A DNA stretch of 64,000 bases, from assembly GCA_963745025.1 (NCBI GenBank), contig CAVUWD010000013.1, forward strand, positions 256,001 through 320,000, read 5' to 3'. The stretch's first letter is position 1; every line of letters begins with the position of its first letter. Source of the DNA: an uncultured delta proteobacterium. GTDB lineage: Bacteria; Desulfobacterota; Binatia; JACPRU01. Below the pieces are notes generated by a model, which saw only the letters and a program-made list of their open reading frames with translations, made no database searches and was not told the origin of the DNA. The position numbers and the translations under genes were made by a program. This document shows positions 21,331 through 31,714 of the stretch, piece after piece.

Positions 21331-22289
21331 AGGCCGTCACCGTCGACGTCGTCACAGGCTTCCTCGGCAGCGGGAAGACGACGCTCATCAAGCACGTGCT
21401 CGAGAACGGCCTGCAGGGCCGCCGGGTCGCCGTCGTCGTGAACGAGATCGGGGACCTGAACCTCGACGGACGAATCATCGAGGGCGTGAACGTCGACAAG
21501 ATGGTCGAGCTCAGCAACGGCTGCATCTGCTGCTCGATCAGCTACCAGTTCGGCTACGCGATGCAGGAGATCGTCGAGACCACCAAGCCCGAGCTGATCG
21601 TCATCGAGACCAGTGGCGCCGCCGATCCCGGTCCGCTCGTCGACGAGGTGCGCGCCGCAGGCCTGCGAGTGGACGCGGTCATCACCGTCGTCGACGGCGA
21701 GCAGATCCAGCGGTTCTGCAAGGAGAACGTGGTGGCGCGCCACCAGCTAGAGGCAGCCGACTTCCTCGTGCTGAACAAGCGGGACCTGTTGACCCCGCGC
21801 GACCTCGACCGCGTGGGGCGCCTGCTCGGGCGATACAACCGCCGGGCCCTGGTGGTACCGACCGAGTTCGCGCGCGTCTCGACGGACCTCCTGTTCGCGA
21901 CCGGAGTGCGTCGCTTCCGCGACGAGGCGGCCGCGACTGGGCGCCGCGCGAGTCACGATCATCTCGGTGAGGACGAGATCCAGGCCTTCACGTACGAGAC
22001 GGCGGCTCCGCTCGACCGCAAGCGCTTCGAGCGGTTCCTCGCGCGGCTGCCGCACGAACTCTACCGCGCGAAGGGGATCCTCTGCTTTTCCGGCGACGAT
22101 TGGAACTCCATCTTCAGCTACACCTGCGGTCGCTACGACATCGATTGGTTCGTGCGGAAGCAGTCGCTGCCGGCGAAGTCGCAGGCGGTCTTCATCGGCA
22201 AGGGCATTCTGCGGAAGCAGGAGCGCATCCTGGCGGAGCTCGTCGATTGCCAGCTGCGCGAGATCGAGACGCGCAGCGGCGACCGCTGA
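21327..22289 (+). CDS. COG0523/CobW-family GTPase metallochaperone
   Basis: TGFLGSGKTT, NEIG, GCICC, IETSG, NKRD and YRAKG motifs. Confidence 0.9.
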   Translation: MKAVTVDVVTGFLGSGKTTLIKHVLENGLQGRRVAVVVNEIGDLNLDGRIIEGVNVDKMVELSNGCICCSISYQFGYAMQEIVETTKPELIVIETSGAADPGPLVDEVRAAGLRVDAVITVVDGEQIQRFCKENVVARHQLEAADFLVLNKRDLLTPRDLDRVGRLLGRYNRRALVVPTEFARVSTDLLFATGVRRFRDEAAATGRRASHDHLGEDEIQAFTYETAAPLDRKRFERFLARLPHELYRAKGILCFSGDDWNSIFSYTCGRYDIDWFVRKQSLPAKSQAVFIGKGILRKQERILAELVDCQLREIETRSGDR

Positions 22290-22291
22290 TC

Positions 22292-23419
22292 ATGGAGACC
22301 GCCGGCGATCCGGCGCGGGGCTCGAAGCGACGCATCCTCTTCGTCAACGTCGGCGAGGGCCGGCACGGCTCGACCTACCGCGCGCGCAAGCTCTCGGAGC
22401 TGCTCCGCGCCGGCGGGCGCGACGTGTTCTACGTGGAGTCGAACTACGAGGATACCGAGACATCGTGCTCGATCGCGCAGCCCGACACGACGATCGGCCT
22501 GATCGCCGCCACCGCTCGCCGAGTCCGGCTCTGCTGGCAGAGGGACTACGACGTGCTCTTCCTGCAAAAGCCGTTGCCCCCGACCGGGCCATGCGTGCTC
22601 GTGGCAAAGCTCAGGGGGAAAAAGGTGGCCCTCGACTTCGACGACCTCGACTCGCGCTGGCAGTCGACGGTGGTGCGGCGTAGGCTCACGGCCCTGTGCG
22701 AGCGGTGGATCCCGCGGTGCGCCGACCTGGTCACGACCCACAACCGCTACCTTCGCGAGCACATCGAGCGGACGACGGGCGTGGCAGCGGCTCTCGTGCC
22801 CCAGGGCGTCGATGCGCACCTCTTCGACCCGACGCGCTATGATCGCAGAGCCGAGAAGGAACGCGTGGGCGTCGCCGGAAAGACCGTGTGCTGCTTCCTC
22901 GGCTCGTTCACGGCGGGCAGCGCGCGCGATCTCGACGTGATTCTCCGCGCGGTGGATCTCGCCGCCCGCCGCCGCCGGGACCTCGTGCTGCTCATCATTG
23001 GCGGGGGTGGGCCACTCGAGGATCGCTATCGGCGTTTGATCGGCGAGCTCGGGATCGATGTGCGCATCACCGGGCGGCTGGCTCAGAGCGAGGTCCCGAG
23101 ATTCCTTGCGGCTACCGACCTGGGACTGATATACATGGGGGACGATCCGGCCAACCAAACGCGGATGTCGCTGAAGGTGCTTGAGTACCTAGCCATGGAG
23201 CTGACGGTCGTTGGACGCCTGGTGGGAGCGACGAAGGATGCCTTCGCGCCCTACTGCTTCGCTTGCGGGCCGTCGGAGGGGTCAATGGCGAGCCAAATCG
23301 AAGAGGTGCTCGGCGAGGGAGCACGAAAGCCGAGCGCACGAGAACTCATCTCCCGCGATTACGACTGGCGCGTGATCGGTGCCTCGCTGGAAGAAGCAGT
23401 CAGGAGTATCGAACAGTGA
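22292..23419 (+). CDS. GT4-like glycosyltransferase
   Basis: DFDD, VPQGVD, LKVLEYLAM and C-terminal YDW motifs typical of GT-B. Confidence 0.8.
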   Translation: METAGDPARGSKRRILFVNVGEGRHGSTYRARKLSELLRAGGRDVFYVESNYEDTETSCSIAQPDTTIGLIAATARRVRLCWQRDYDVLFLQKPLPPTGPCVLVAKLRGKKVALDFDDLDSRWQSTVVRRRLTALCERWIPRCADLVTTHNRYLREHIERTTGVAAALVPQGVDAHLFDPTRYDRRAEKERVGVAGKTVCCFLGSFTAGSARDLDVILRAVDLAARRRRDLVLLIIGGGGPLEDRYRRLIGELGIDVRITGRLAQSEVPRFLAATDLGLIYMGDDPANQTRMSLKVLEYLAMELTVVGRLVGATKDAFAPYCFACGPSEGSMASQIEEVLGEGARKPSARELISRDYDWRVIGASLEEAVRSIEQ

Positions 23420-24885
23420 AGATCGCGTACCTCGATGGTCCATGGCCGGATTTCGGCCATCGCACGCAGCGTTGGGCTCACAAGAATCCGGGTGGCAACA
23501 TCAACCCGCCGCCCCTCTTCCAGATGTACTCCGCTTCGATCGCCCGGCAGCGAGGGCACGAGGTCGCGCTGTGGGACGCACCGGCGCGCGGCCTCGACTA
23601 CGACGAGCTCCTCGGGCAGGTGGGCGAGTTCGGCCCCGATCTCGTCGTCGTGAACACCTCGACGCCGAGCTTCGATCACGACATGACGCTCGTCCGCAAG
23701 CTCGAGAAGAGCGTGAAGGCGGTGCGCGTGCTGGTCGGCTCTCACGTCTCCGCCCTCCCGGACGACGTGATGGCGAAGCACCCGGAAGTGGACATCATCG
23801 CCACCGGTGAATACGACGACACCATCAGCGACATCGCCGAGAACCTCTCGGACCTCTCGAAGATCGGTGGCGTCGTCTATCGCAAGAGCGGCGGACACGC
23901 GCGCACCGGCGTGCGGCCCCTGATGAAGAATCTCAACGAGCTGCCGTTCCCCGCCTACGACCTGGTGAACGTCAACGATTACCGGGAGTCGATGTTCCCG
24001 GCGCGGAAGAAGCCGATCGCGACCATGTGGACGAGCCGGGGCTGCAACTTCCACTGCAACTTCTGCCTGTTCCCGCAGATCTTCTTCCAGGACCGCATGC
24101 GCATCCGCACCCCGGAGAACATCGTCGCCGAGATCCGCTGGCTGAAGGACAAGTTCGGCGTCCAGTTCTTCTACTTCGAGGACGACAACTTCACGGCTTC
24201 GTGGAAGCGCGTCGAGACGCTCGCGCAGCGCATCATCGACGAGAAGCTGGACATCACCTGGGGATGCCTCTCCAGGACCGACGGCGTCACTCCCGAGCGG
24301 CTCGGGCTGATGAAGGAGTCCGGCTGCTACATCGTCAAGTTCGGCATCGAGACCGGCGTCGAGGAGTTCCTCGAGCACATGGAGAAGTACAACAAGATCA
24401 GTGAGATCGAAAACGCCTTCGAAGTCGCGAAGAAGGTGAACATGGTGACCCACGGAACGGTGATGATCGGCAACGCCGGCGAGACGTGGGACACGATTCG
24501 CCGCACGCGCCAGTTCATCAAGAAGCTCGCGCCGGACTCGGTCCAGTTCAGCGTGTGCACGCCGTTCCCGGGGACCCGCTTCTTCGACGAGTGCAAGGAG
24601 AAGGGCTGGCTCGACTACGAGAAGTGGGAGGACTTCGACGGCGTGACGGGCGGTGCGATCAGCTATCCCGGCCTGTCGAAGCACGACATCCAGCGCGCGG
24701 TGAAGGACTCCTACCTAGACTACTATTCCTCGTTGCCGCACGTCCGGCAGCGCTTCCGGCGGATCCTCTACGGGCCGGAGCGCGGATCGCAGATGATGCG
24801 CAATCTCTGGCTCGCGAAGCGCTTCTTCCGGATGGTTCTCAAGGAGCGTCGGCAGGTGTTGCAGGCGGCTCACGCCAGAGCCTGA
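23416..24885 (+). CDS. B12-binding domain radical SAM protein
   Basis: GTG start overlapping the previous stop; SRGCNFHCNFC, FEDDNF, GIETG and TPFPGT motifs. Confidence 0.88.
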   Translation: MKIAYLDGPWPDFGHRTQRWAHKNPGGNINPPPLFQMYSASIARQRGHEVALWDAPARGLDYDELLGQVGEFGPDLVVVNTSTPSFDHDMTLVRKLEKSVKAVRVLVGSHVSALPDDVMAKHPEVDIIATGEYDDTISDIAENLSDLSKIGGVVYRKSGGHARTGVRPLMKNLNELPFPAYDLVNVNDYRESMFPARKKPIATMWTSRGCNFHCNFCLFPQIFFQDRMRIRTPENIVAEIRWLKDKFGVQFFYFEDDNFTASWKRVETLAQRIIDEKLDITWGCLSRTDGVTPERLGLMKESGCYIVKFGIETGVEEFLEHMEKYNKISEIENAFEVAKKVNMVTHGTVMIGNAGETWDTIRRTRQFIKKLAPDSVQFSVCTPFPGTRFFDECKEKGWLDYEKWEDFDGVTGGAISYPGLSKHDIQRAVKDSYLDYYSSLPHVRQRFRRILYGPERGSQMMRNLWLAKRFFRMVLKERRQVLQAAHARA

Positions 24886-26615
24886 TGGAGCCAGCGACCC
24901 ACGTCGAGCCCGAGAAGCTGTTCGTTCTCGGGCTCGACGCCGCAACCCTCGACCTGATTCTCCCATGGGTGGAGGAGGGTAAGCTCGCTAACTTCAGCCG
25001 CCTGCTGCGGGAGGGGGCATGGGGTCCACTAGAGTCCACCCTGCACCCGCTGAGCCCGCCTGCGTGGACGTCCTTCATCACCGGTCGCAATCCCGGGAAC
25101 CACGGCATCTACGACTTCGTCGTCCACAAGCCCGGCACGCACGAGCTGATCTACACGAACGGTGGCATGCGCCGCGGAGCGTCGCTCTGGCGCCTGCTCA
25201 GCGATGCCGGGAAGCGCGTCGTGATTCTGAACGTGCCGATGACCTACCCACCCGAGCCGGTCAACGGGCTGCAGGTCTCGGGCTTCGATGCGCCTGGCAT
25301 CGACTCGGACTTCATCCACCCGCGTGCCGCACGTGACGAGATCACGCGCGCGCTCGGCGAGTTCGTCCTCCGGGACTACCCGCAGGGTCACAGTCCGGAG
25401 TCCTTCCTGAGGCAGATCCACGTGATCCTCGACTTTCACCGCCGCCTCACCTTTCACGCGCTCGAACGGTACGAGTGGGACTTCTTCATGGTGGTGTGGA
25501 GTGCGCTCGACCTCGTGCAGCACGGCTACTGGCAGTACATGGACCCGAAGTTCGCGAGCGTGTCGGCGGAAGACCGTGCCCGCTTCGGAAGCGCGATCCA
25601 CGACCTCTACGTGAAAATCGACGGCATCCTCGGCGAGCTGCTCGAGCGCCTACCCAACGGGGCGCGCGTCGCCGTGGTCTCGGATCACGGCGCCGGGCCC
25701 TGCTACAAGGCGATTTTCATCAACAAGTGGCTCGAGTCGCTCGGCTACCTGCGCTACGTGGGGGGCGCCCGGTCGGGCTCGGTCGCCGACCGAGCGAAGA
25801 CGGCGGGGCTTGCGGCGCTGAAGCTCCTCCACGGCGGGATCAAGCGCCACGTCCCTCCGGCGGGTCTGGAATGGCTGAAGCGCAGGTTCCCGGTCCTTCG
25901 CGAGAAGGTCAAGTCGCGCCTGGTTTTCTCCGAGATCGACTGGAGACACACCCGGATTTATTCCTTCGGCCGCGAGAGCACCAACCTCTTCGTGAACCTC
26001 AAGGGGAAGTTGCCGCAGGGTACGGTCGAGCCTGGCGAAGAGTACGAGCGGCTGCGCGAGACGGTGACGCGGCAGCTTGCGGAGCTCCGCGATCCCGACA
26101 CCGGAGAACCGGTGGTCGATCGCGTCTACCGGAAGGAGGAGGTCTACCACGGGGAGTGTTTGGACTTCGCCCCAGACCTGCTCGTGACGTGGCGCGATTC
26201 CACCTACACCTCCTGGCCCGGGTACTCCGACCGAACGCGAGCGATCTTCGAGTCGAGCCTGAACCACAGCGACTACAGTGATTGGTCGAGCCTGCAGAAG
26301 GGCGGGAACCATCGGCGCAGTGGCATCCTCTTCCTTCGCGGCGACGGCGTGCGCGCGGGGCACGCGCTCGCGGGCGCACGCATCATCGACCTCGCGCCGA
26401 CCCTTCTGAACCTCATGGGCGTGCCCGTCCCGTCGGACATGGACGGGATCGTGCTCGCCGACGCGTTCACGGCCGAGTTCCGGACGGCGCATCCGCCGCA
26501 GTACACCGCGGCGAAAGCGCCTCCAGCGCCCCCGGATCGACCGACGAGCGGGTACGACGAGCGCGAGAGCGAGCTGATCGCGACGCGCCTGCGCAGCCTC
26601 GGCTATGTCGACTGA
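24885..26615 (+). CDS. alkaline phosphatase superfamily (NPP-like) protein 2
   Basis: GLDAA, PLSPPAWTSFITG, DLVQH, SDHG, GNH; ends LRSLGYVD. Confidence 0.88.
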   Translation: MEPATHVEPEKLFVLGLDAATLDLILPWVEEGKLANFSRLLREGAWGPLESTLHPLSPPAWTSFITGRNPGNHGIYDFVVHKPGTHELIYTNGGMRRGASLWRLLSDAGKRVVILNVPMTYPPEPVNGLQVSGFDAPGIDSDFIHPRAARDEITRALGEFVLRDYPQGHSPESFLRQIHVILDFHRRLTFHALERYEWDFFMVVWSALDLVQHGYWQYMDPKFASVSAEDRARFGSAIHDLYVKIDGILGELLERLPNGARVAVVSDHGAGPCYKAIFINKWLESLGYLRYVGGARSGSVADRAKTAGLAALKLLHGGIKRHVPPAGLEWLKRRFPVLREKVKSRLVFSEIDWRHTRIYSFGRESTNLFVNLKGKLPQGTVEPGEEYERLRETVTRQLAELRDPDTGEPVVDRVYRKEEVYHGECLDFAPDLLVTWRDSTYTSWPGYSDRTRAIFESSLNHSDYSDWSSLQKGGNHRRSGILFLRGDGVRAGHALAGARIIDLAPTLLNLMGVPVPSDMDGIVLADAFTAEFRTAHPPQYTAAKAPPAPPDRPTSGYDERESELIATRLRSLGYVD

Positions 26616-28321
26616 GCGAAAGATCCTCGCGATCGGGCTCGATGCCGCAACCTTCGACCTGATCGACCCGTGGGTGAAGGCGGGCCAGCTTCCCGCCTTT
26701 GGGCGATGCCTCGCCGCAGGCACACGAGCCGATCTCCGCTCCACGCCTTTGTCGAACAGCGCCCAAGCATGGTCCTCGTTCATCACCGGAAAGAACCCCG
26801 GGAAGCACGGAATCTACGACTTCTTCGAGCCGCGGCAGGACGGCTACGGCGTTCGCTTCGTCAACGCGAGCTTTCGAAAGGGAAAGAGCCTGTGGGGGAT
26901 GCTCGGCGAGGCGGGCAAGCGAGTCGTGGTGATCAACGTGCCGATCACCTACCCCGCGGAGGCCGTGAACGGAGTCCTGATCGCGGGTCTCGACGCACCG
27001 GGCGTGGACAGACGCATCGCGCATCCCCCCGAAATTCTGCGCGAGCTCCGGGAGCGCGTCGGGCCCTATCGGGTCGAGGCGGGCGTCTGGGGATTCATGC
27101 GCAACGGCCGCCCGGACCTCGCCCTCGAGGGGCTCCTCGAGACGATCGAGTCGCGCGCCGCGACGGCGAAGTACCTGATGGCACGCGAGCCGTGGGACTT
27201 CTTCCAGGTCGTCTTCACCGAGACGGACAAGGTGCAGCACCATTTCTGGAAGTACGTGGATCCCAGCCGTGCGGCGAGCGTGCCGCCCGAGGAGCGGCGC
27301 TACGGCGAGGCGATCTTCAGGGTGTACCAGCGGCTCGACGAGGTCATCGGCGAGCTCTGCGCTCTGGCTCCGGCGGACGTCACGGTGCTTTTGATGTCGG
27401 ACCACGGAGCGGGACCGTCGAGCCATCGCACGCTCTACATAAACCGCTGGCTCGCGCACGAGGGCTTCCTCACGTACCGGGAGCCGGGAGGTGGGCGCGG
27501 CGCCGCGGCGACACTCCTCGACGGGGCGCTCCGGGGCAGCGATCTGTTCCTCAAGAAGGTGCTCCCGCGACGCGCCAAGGAGCACCTCCTTCGCCTCTTC
27601 CCCGGCGTACGCGACCGGGTGGACTCGATGCTGCAGCTCGGCGGCATCGACTGGTCGCAGACAGTCGCCTACTCGCGCGAGAACCATCCCGCGATCTTCA
27701 TCAACCGTAAGGGCCGGGAGCCTGGCGGCATCGTCGAGCCCGGCGAGCCGACCCTGCGGGTCCGTCAAGAGATCGTGGACCGCCTCCTCGGGCTGCGCTG
27801 CGCCGAGAGCGGCGAGCCGATCGTCGACCGAGTCACCTTCGGGGAGGAGGTCTTCCACGGGCCCGAGTCGTGGCGCGGTCCGGACATCCTGTTCTCCTTC
27901 CGCGGCCACGCGTACGTGCAGCGACCGACCGGCCCGGACCGGCGCGACGGATTCTTGAAGCTACTGACGCCTGCTGAGCGCGAGCGCGCGGAGATCACCG
28001 ACCGGCCGAGCGGCATCCATCGCGACCTCGGCGTGTTCGTGGCCGCCGGGCCCGCGATTCCGGCGTCCCGCGAGATCGGGTGCGTCGACCTGTTCGACGT
28101 GACGCCGACTATCCTCTACCTGCTCGGTGTTCCCGTTCCGGACGACATGGACGGCCGAGTGCTCGTCGAGCTGTTCGCCCCCGCGTTCGTCGAGGCGAAC
28201 CCCGTCCGCATCGCGCCGAGCGGCCCGACCGTGTCGGGCGACCGGCACGCCGAGCGCGTTCGAGGAGGACGAGGAGCGGATCATCCGGGAGCGCCTCGAG
28301 GGCCTCGGCTACATCGACTGA
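26605..28321 (+). CDS. alkaline phosphatase superfamily (NPP-like) protein 3, +1 frameshift near 28243
   Basis: GLDAA, SNSAQAWSSFITG, DKVQHH, SDHG, GIH; the expected tail FEEDEERIIRERLEGLGYID-stop is in the +1 frame. Confidence 0.8.
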
Positions 28322-28332
28322 GGCGACGCGCC

Positions 28333-28455
28333 GTGAGCACCGCCCGACCTTTGATCCTCCTCGGCATCGACGGAGGGACCCTGGACCTGGTCCTGCCGTG
28401 GGTGGACGAGAAGCACATCCGCGAGTACCTGCGCGGGCTGGGATACACGGATTGA
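28333..28455 (+). pseudogene. 40-aa internally deleted NPP-like paralog, or a stand-alone LGY-tail peptide
   Basis: VSTARPLILLGIDGGTLDLVLPWVDE (family N-terminus) joined directly to KHIREYLRGLGYTD (family C-terminus). Confidence 0.7.
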
Positions 28456-30161
28456 AGAGCCGCATCCTCATTTTCGGTCTGGACGGCGCCACCTTCAGGG
28501 TCGCGCGGCCGCTCGCCATGGCGGGGCGGATGCCGACGCTCGCCCGCCTCCTCGAGCGTGGCGCCTGGGGCGAGCACGCCTCGACCCACGAGATCAACAG
28601 CCCGAACGCCTGGTCCACCTTCATCACCGGCAAGAACGCGGGAAAGCACGGGATCTACGGCTTCTTCGAAACCGCGCCCGGGAGCTACGACGTGCGTTTC
28701 GTCAACGGCTCCTTCCGGGCGGGGAAGTCGCTCTGGCGGATGGCGACGGAGCACGGTCGGTCGGTCGGTGCGGTCAACGTGCCGATGACGTACCCAGCGG
28801 AGGAGGTGAACGGCTTCGTGATCGCGGGACCCGACGCCCCGAGCCAGGACGCTCCTGGCTTCTGCTCGCCGCCCGACCTCGTCCGCGAGGTCGTGAAGGC
28901 GACGGGGCTGTATGTCATCGAGGCTGGTGCCTCGTCGCTCGTCCGGCAGGGGCGCCCGGCGGAGGCGCTACGCGCGCTCGAGGAGAGCATCCGGGCGAGG
29001 ACGGAGGTCGCCCGCTGGCTAGTTCGGCACCACCCAACCGACCTTTTCATGATCACCTTCACCGAGGCGGATCGGGTACAGCATCACTTCTGGAAGTACG
29101 TGAATCCGCAGCACCCCGCGAGTCAGACGCCGCAGGCGCGGGTCTTCGGAGAGGCGATTCACCGGGTTTACGAGCAGCTCGACAGGGCAGTCGCGGCGAT
29201 TCTGGACGCCGCCGGCGGCGACCCCACGGTGATCGTCGTCTCCGACCACGGGGCGGGCCCGTCGAGTGCGCGAACCTTCTTCATCAATCGCTGGCTCGAG
29301 TCGATTGGGCAGCTCGGCTTCCGTCGTGACGAATCCCTTTCCGCCAAACTTCGCCGGCCGGCCGAGCGGATGATGAACGCCGCATATCTGTACGCCCGCC
29401 GCCGCCTTTCGAAGTCGTGGAAGCGGCGCTTGCGGAGCCGACTCCCGGGCGTCAAGAACAGGATGCACACGAACCTGCTCGCCTCGTCACGGATCGATTG
29501 GCCGTCGACGCGGGCGTTCTCTCGCGAGAACCTCCCGACGATCTACGTCAACGTGAAGGGCCGCTACCCGGCAGGCACGGTGGAACCGGGAGGCGAGTAC
29601 CGGGACCTCTGCCAAGATCTCGCCGGCCGGCTCATGGCGCTCCGCTGTCCGTTCACGGGAGGGCAGATCGTCGAACGCGTGCGGATGCGGGACGAGATGT
29701 ACTGGGGGCCGTTTGTCGACAAGGCGCCCGATCTGCTCATCGAATGGAAGGATGGCGGCTACACGGAACGTCCCGAATACGTGAACCCGGGGGCCGCCTT
29801 TGTCGCAGAACTCCGGGGCCGAGAGCTCGCGCGCGCCGAGCTCGCCAGCCGGCCGAGCGGCATCCACGCGCGGGAGGGCATCTTCGTCGCGAGCGGCGAG
29901 GGCATCGTCGCCGGGCGGTCGCTCGCGGGGCTCGAGCTCTACGACGTCACGGCAACTCTCCTCTATCTCTTGGACGTCCCGGTTCCGCCTGACCTGGATG
30001 GGAAGGTGCGCACGGATCTCTTCGACGCCGACTACGCCGAGGCACGTCCCGTCCGGTACTCCGAGGAAGAGACGAGCGCACAGGCCTCCCCCCGGGAATT
30101 CTCCTCCGAGGACGCGGATCGCATCGAGGAACGACTCCGGGGGCTGGGCTACATCGAGTGA
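28452..30161 (+). CDS. alkaline phosphatase superfamily (NPP-like) protein 4
   Basis: TTG start; GLDGA, INSPNAWSTFITG, DRVQHH, SDHG, GIH; ends LRGLGYIE. Confidence 0.86.
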   Translation: MKSRILIFGLDGATFRVARPLAMAGRMPTLARLLERGAWGEHASTHEINSPNAWSTFITGKNAGKHGIYGFFETAPGSYDVRFVNGSFRAGKSLWRMATEHGRSVGAVNVPMTYPAEEVNGFVIAGPDAPSQDAPGFCSPPDLVREVVKATGLYVIEAGASSLVRQGRPAEALRALEESIRARTEVARWLVRHHPTDLFMITFTEADRVQHHFWKYVNPQHPASQTPQARVFGEAIHRVYEQLDRAVAAILDAAGGDPTVIVVSDHGAGPSSARTFFINRWLESIGQLGFRRDESLSAKLRRPAERMMNAAYLYARRRLSKSWKRRLRSRLPGVKNRMHTNLLASSRIDWPSTRAFSRENLPTIYVNVKGRYPAGTVEPGGEYRDLCQDLAGRLMALRCPFTGGQIVERVRMRDEMYWGPFVDKAPDLLIEWKDGGYTERPEYVNPGAAFVAELRGRELARAELASRPSGIHAREGIFVASGEGIVAGRSLAGLELYDVTATLLYLLDVPVPPDLDGKVRTDLFDADYAEARPVRYSEEETSAQASPREFSSEDADRIEERLRGLGYIE

Positions 30162-31666
30162 ACGAGAACGGAAGCGGGAAGCCACTGATGGGACCGGGCC
30201 ACGTGGAGCCGGCGCTGCGTGTGATCCGCAACAGCGGTCTCCTCATGGCGGGAGAGATGTACGGCGTATCGGTGAACCTAGTCACCGTCGGCATTCTCTC
30301 CCGCTACCTGCCGCTCGATGTGTTCGGGGACTACGGCTTCATCCTGGCCGTCTCGATGACGTTCATGGTGCTGACCGATATGGGCGCCGGCCCCATCGCG
30401 ATCCGAGAGATCGCTCGCGACCTGCGCAGTGCCGAGAAGGTGTTCGCCGCCACGGTCATTTTGCGCTGTCTGTTCTCTGTCGTGACGTTCATCGCGATCA
30501 TGGGGATGGTTCGGATGACTTCCGATTCGCCCGCGGTGCTGAAAGCGACGTTCATCTCGGCGATCGCCGTGGTCGTCTTCTTTCTCGGCGACGTTCCGCC
30601 GATTGTCTTCATCGCCTACGAGCGCATGCAGTTCAACGCGATCGTCAAGGTGGCCGCGGAAACGGTCTACCTGGCCGGGATCGTGGCGGTCGCGTTCTTC
30701 GACTTCGGCCTCAACGGGGTCTTTCTCGTTTCGCTCGCGTCGTACGCGGCGCGGCTCGCGATTGGACTGTTGATCCTGAAGCGATGCTTCTTTTCTCCCC
30801 GTCTCACATGGGATCCAGCTCTTCTCCGGTGGCTCTTCCTCGAGGCTCTGCCGGTCGGCGCCAACCGGCTTCTCCGGAAGGTCAGCTTCCGGATCGATAC
30901 GATCCTTCTCCAGGTCCTGAGGACCCGGGAAGAGGTCGGAATTTTCCACGGGATCTACCGAGTGGTCCTCGGGGTGCTCTTCGTCCCGCGGATGATCACG
31001 GACGCGCTCTTCCCTCTCTTCGCGCGCTACTCCGAGGGATCTTCCGTCGCGATGGCGGTCTCCTTCGAGAAGTCGATGAAGTTTCTTCTGATCCTCGTGC
31101 TCCCGCTGATGCTCGTCGTCTTCGTCGACGCGGAAGGCATCGTCGTGCTCCTCCTCGGCAAGAACTTCGCGTCCACGGGCGGGCTCTTGCAGCTCTTCTG
31201 TCTGGTCTGGGGGGTGTCGTTCTTCAGTGTGCTCTGCGACAAGGTGCTGAACGCGTCGAACCACCAGCGCCTCGCGACCATCGCCACCGCCTGCTGCGTC
31301 GCCGTCAACCTCGCCCTCGATCTCGCGCTGATCCCCTCATTCGGTTACATGGGGGCGGCGGTGGCGACCCTGTGCGCGGAAACGGTGCTTTTGGTCGTCG
31401 GATTCCGTTTCGTCTCGACCCGGATCTGTCGCGTAGCGGTGGTTTCCGTCCTGTGGAAGCCGGCCTTCGCAGGTGTATCGGCCGCGCTCGTGGCGTCCGT
31501 GCTTTCGTCCTCGGCGCCTTGGATTCGGGCATCGATCGCCCTCGCGGCGTACGCCTCGCTCTTGTTGGCGCTCGGCGCGTTCGACCGATCGGAGATCGAC
31601 GTGCTCCGCGCCGCGGGCCGACAGCTGCATCGCCGGTTCACGCACCTCGCGGCCGCGCCGCGCTAG
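30158..31666 (+). CDS. wzx: oligosaccharide flippase (Wzx-like)
   Basis: Many hydrophobic segments; SRYL...FGDY, RIDTILL, VGIF and LIPSFGYMGAAVAT motifs. Confidence 0.85.
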   Translation: MNENGSGKPLMGPGHVEPALRVIRNSGLLMAGEMYGVSVNLVTVGILSRYLPLDVFGDYGFILAVSMTFMVLTDMGAGPIAIREIARDLRSAEKVFAATVILRCLFSVVTFIAIMGMVRMTSDSPAVLKATFISAIAVVVFFLGDVPPIVFIAYERMQFNAIVKVAAETVYLAGIVAVAFFDFGLNGVFLVSLASYAARLAIGLLILKRCFFSPRLTWDPALLRWLFLEALPVGANRLLRKVSFRIDTILLQVLRTREEVGIFHGIYRVVLGVLFVPRMITDALFPLFARYSEGSSVAMAVSFEKSMKFLLILVLPLMLVVFVDAEGIVVLLLGKNFASTGGLLQLFCLVWGVSFFSVLCDKVLNASNHQRLATIATACCVAVNLALDLALIPSFGYMGAAVATLCAETVLLVVGFRFVSTRICRVAVVSVLWKPAFAGVSAALVASVLSSSAPWIRASIALAAYASLLLALGAFDRSEIDVLRAAGRQLHRRFTHLAAAPR

Positions 31667-31714
31667 GATCGACGAGGGCGCGAACCGGCCGCTGAGAAAG
31701 GATCATTCCAGGCC

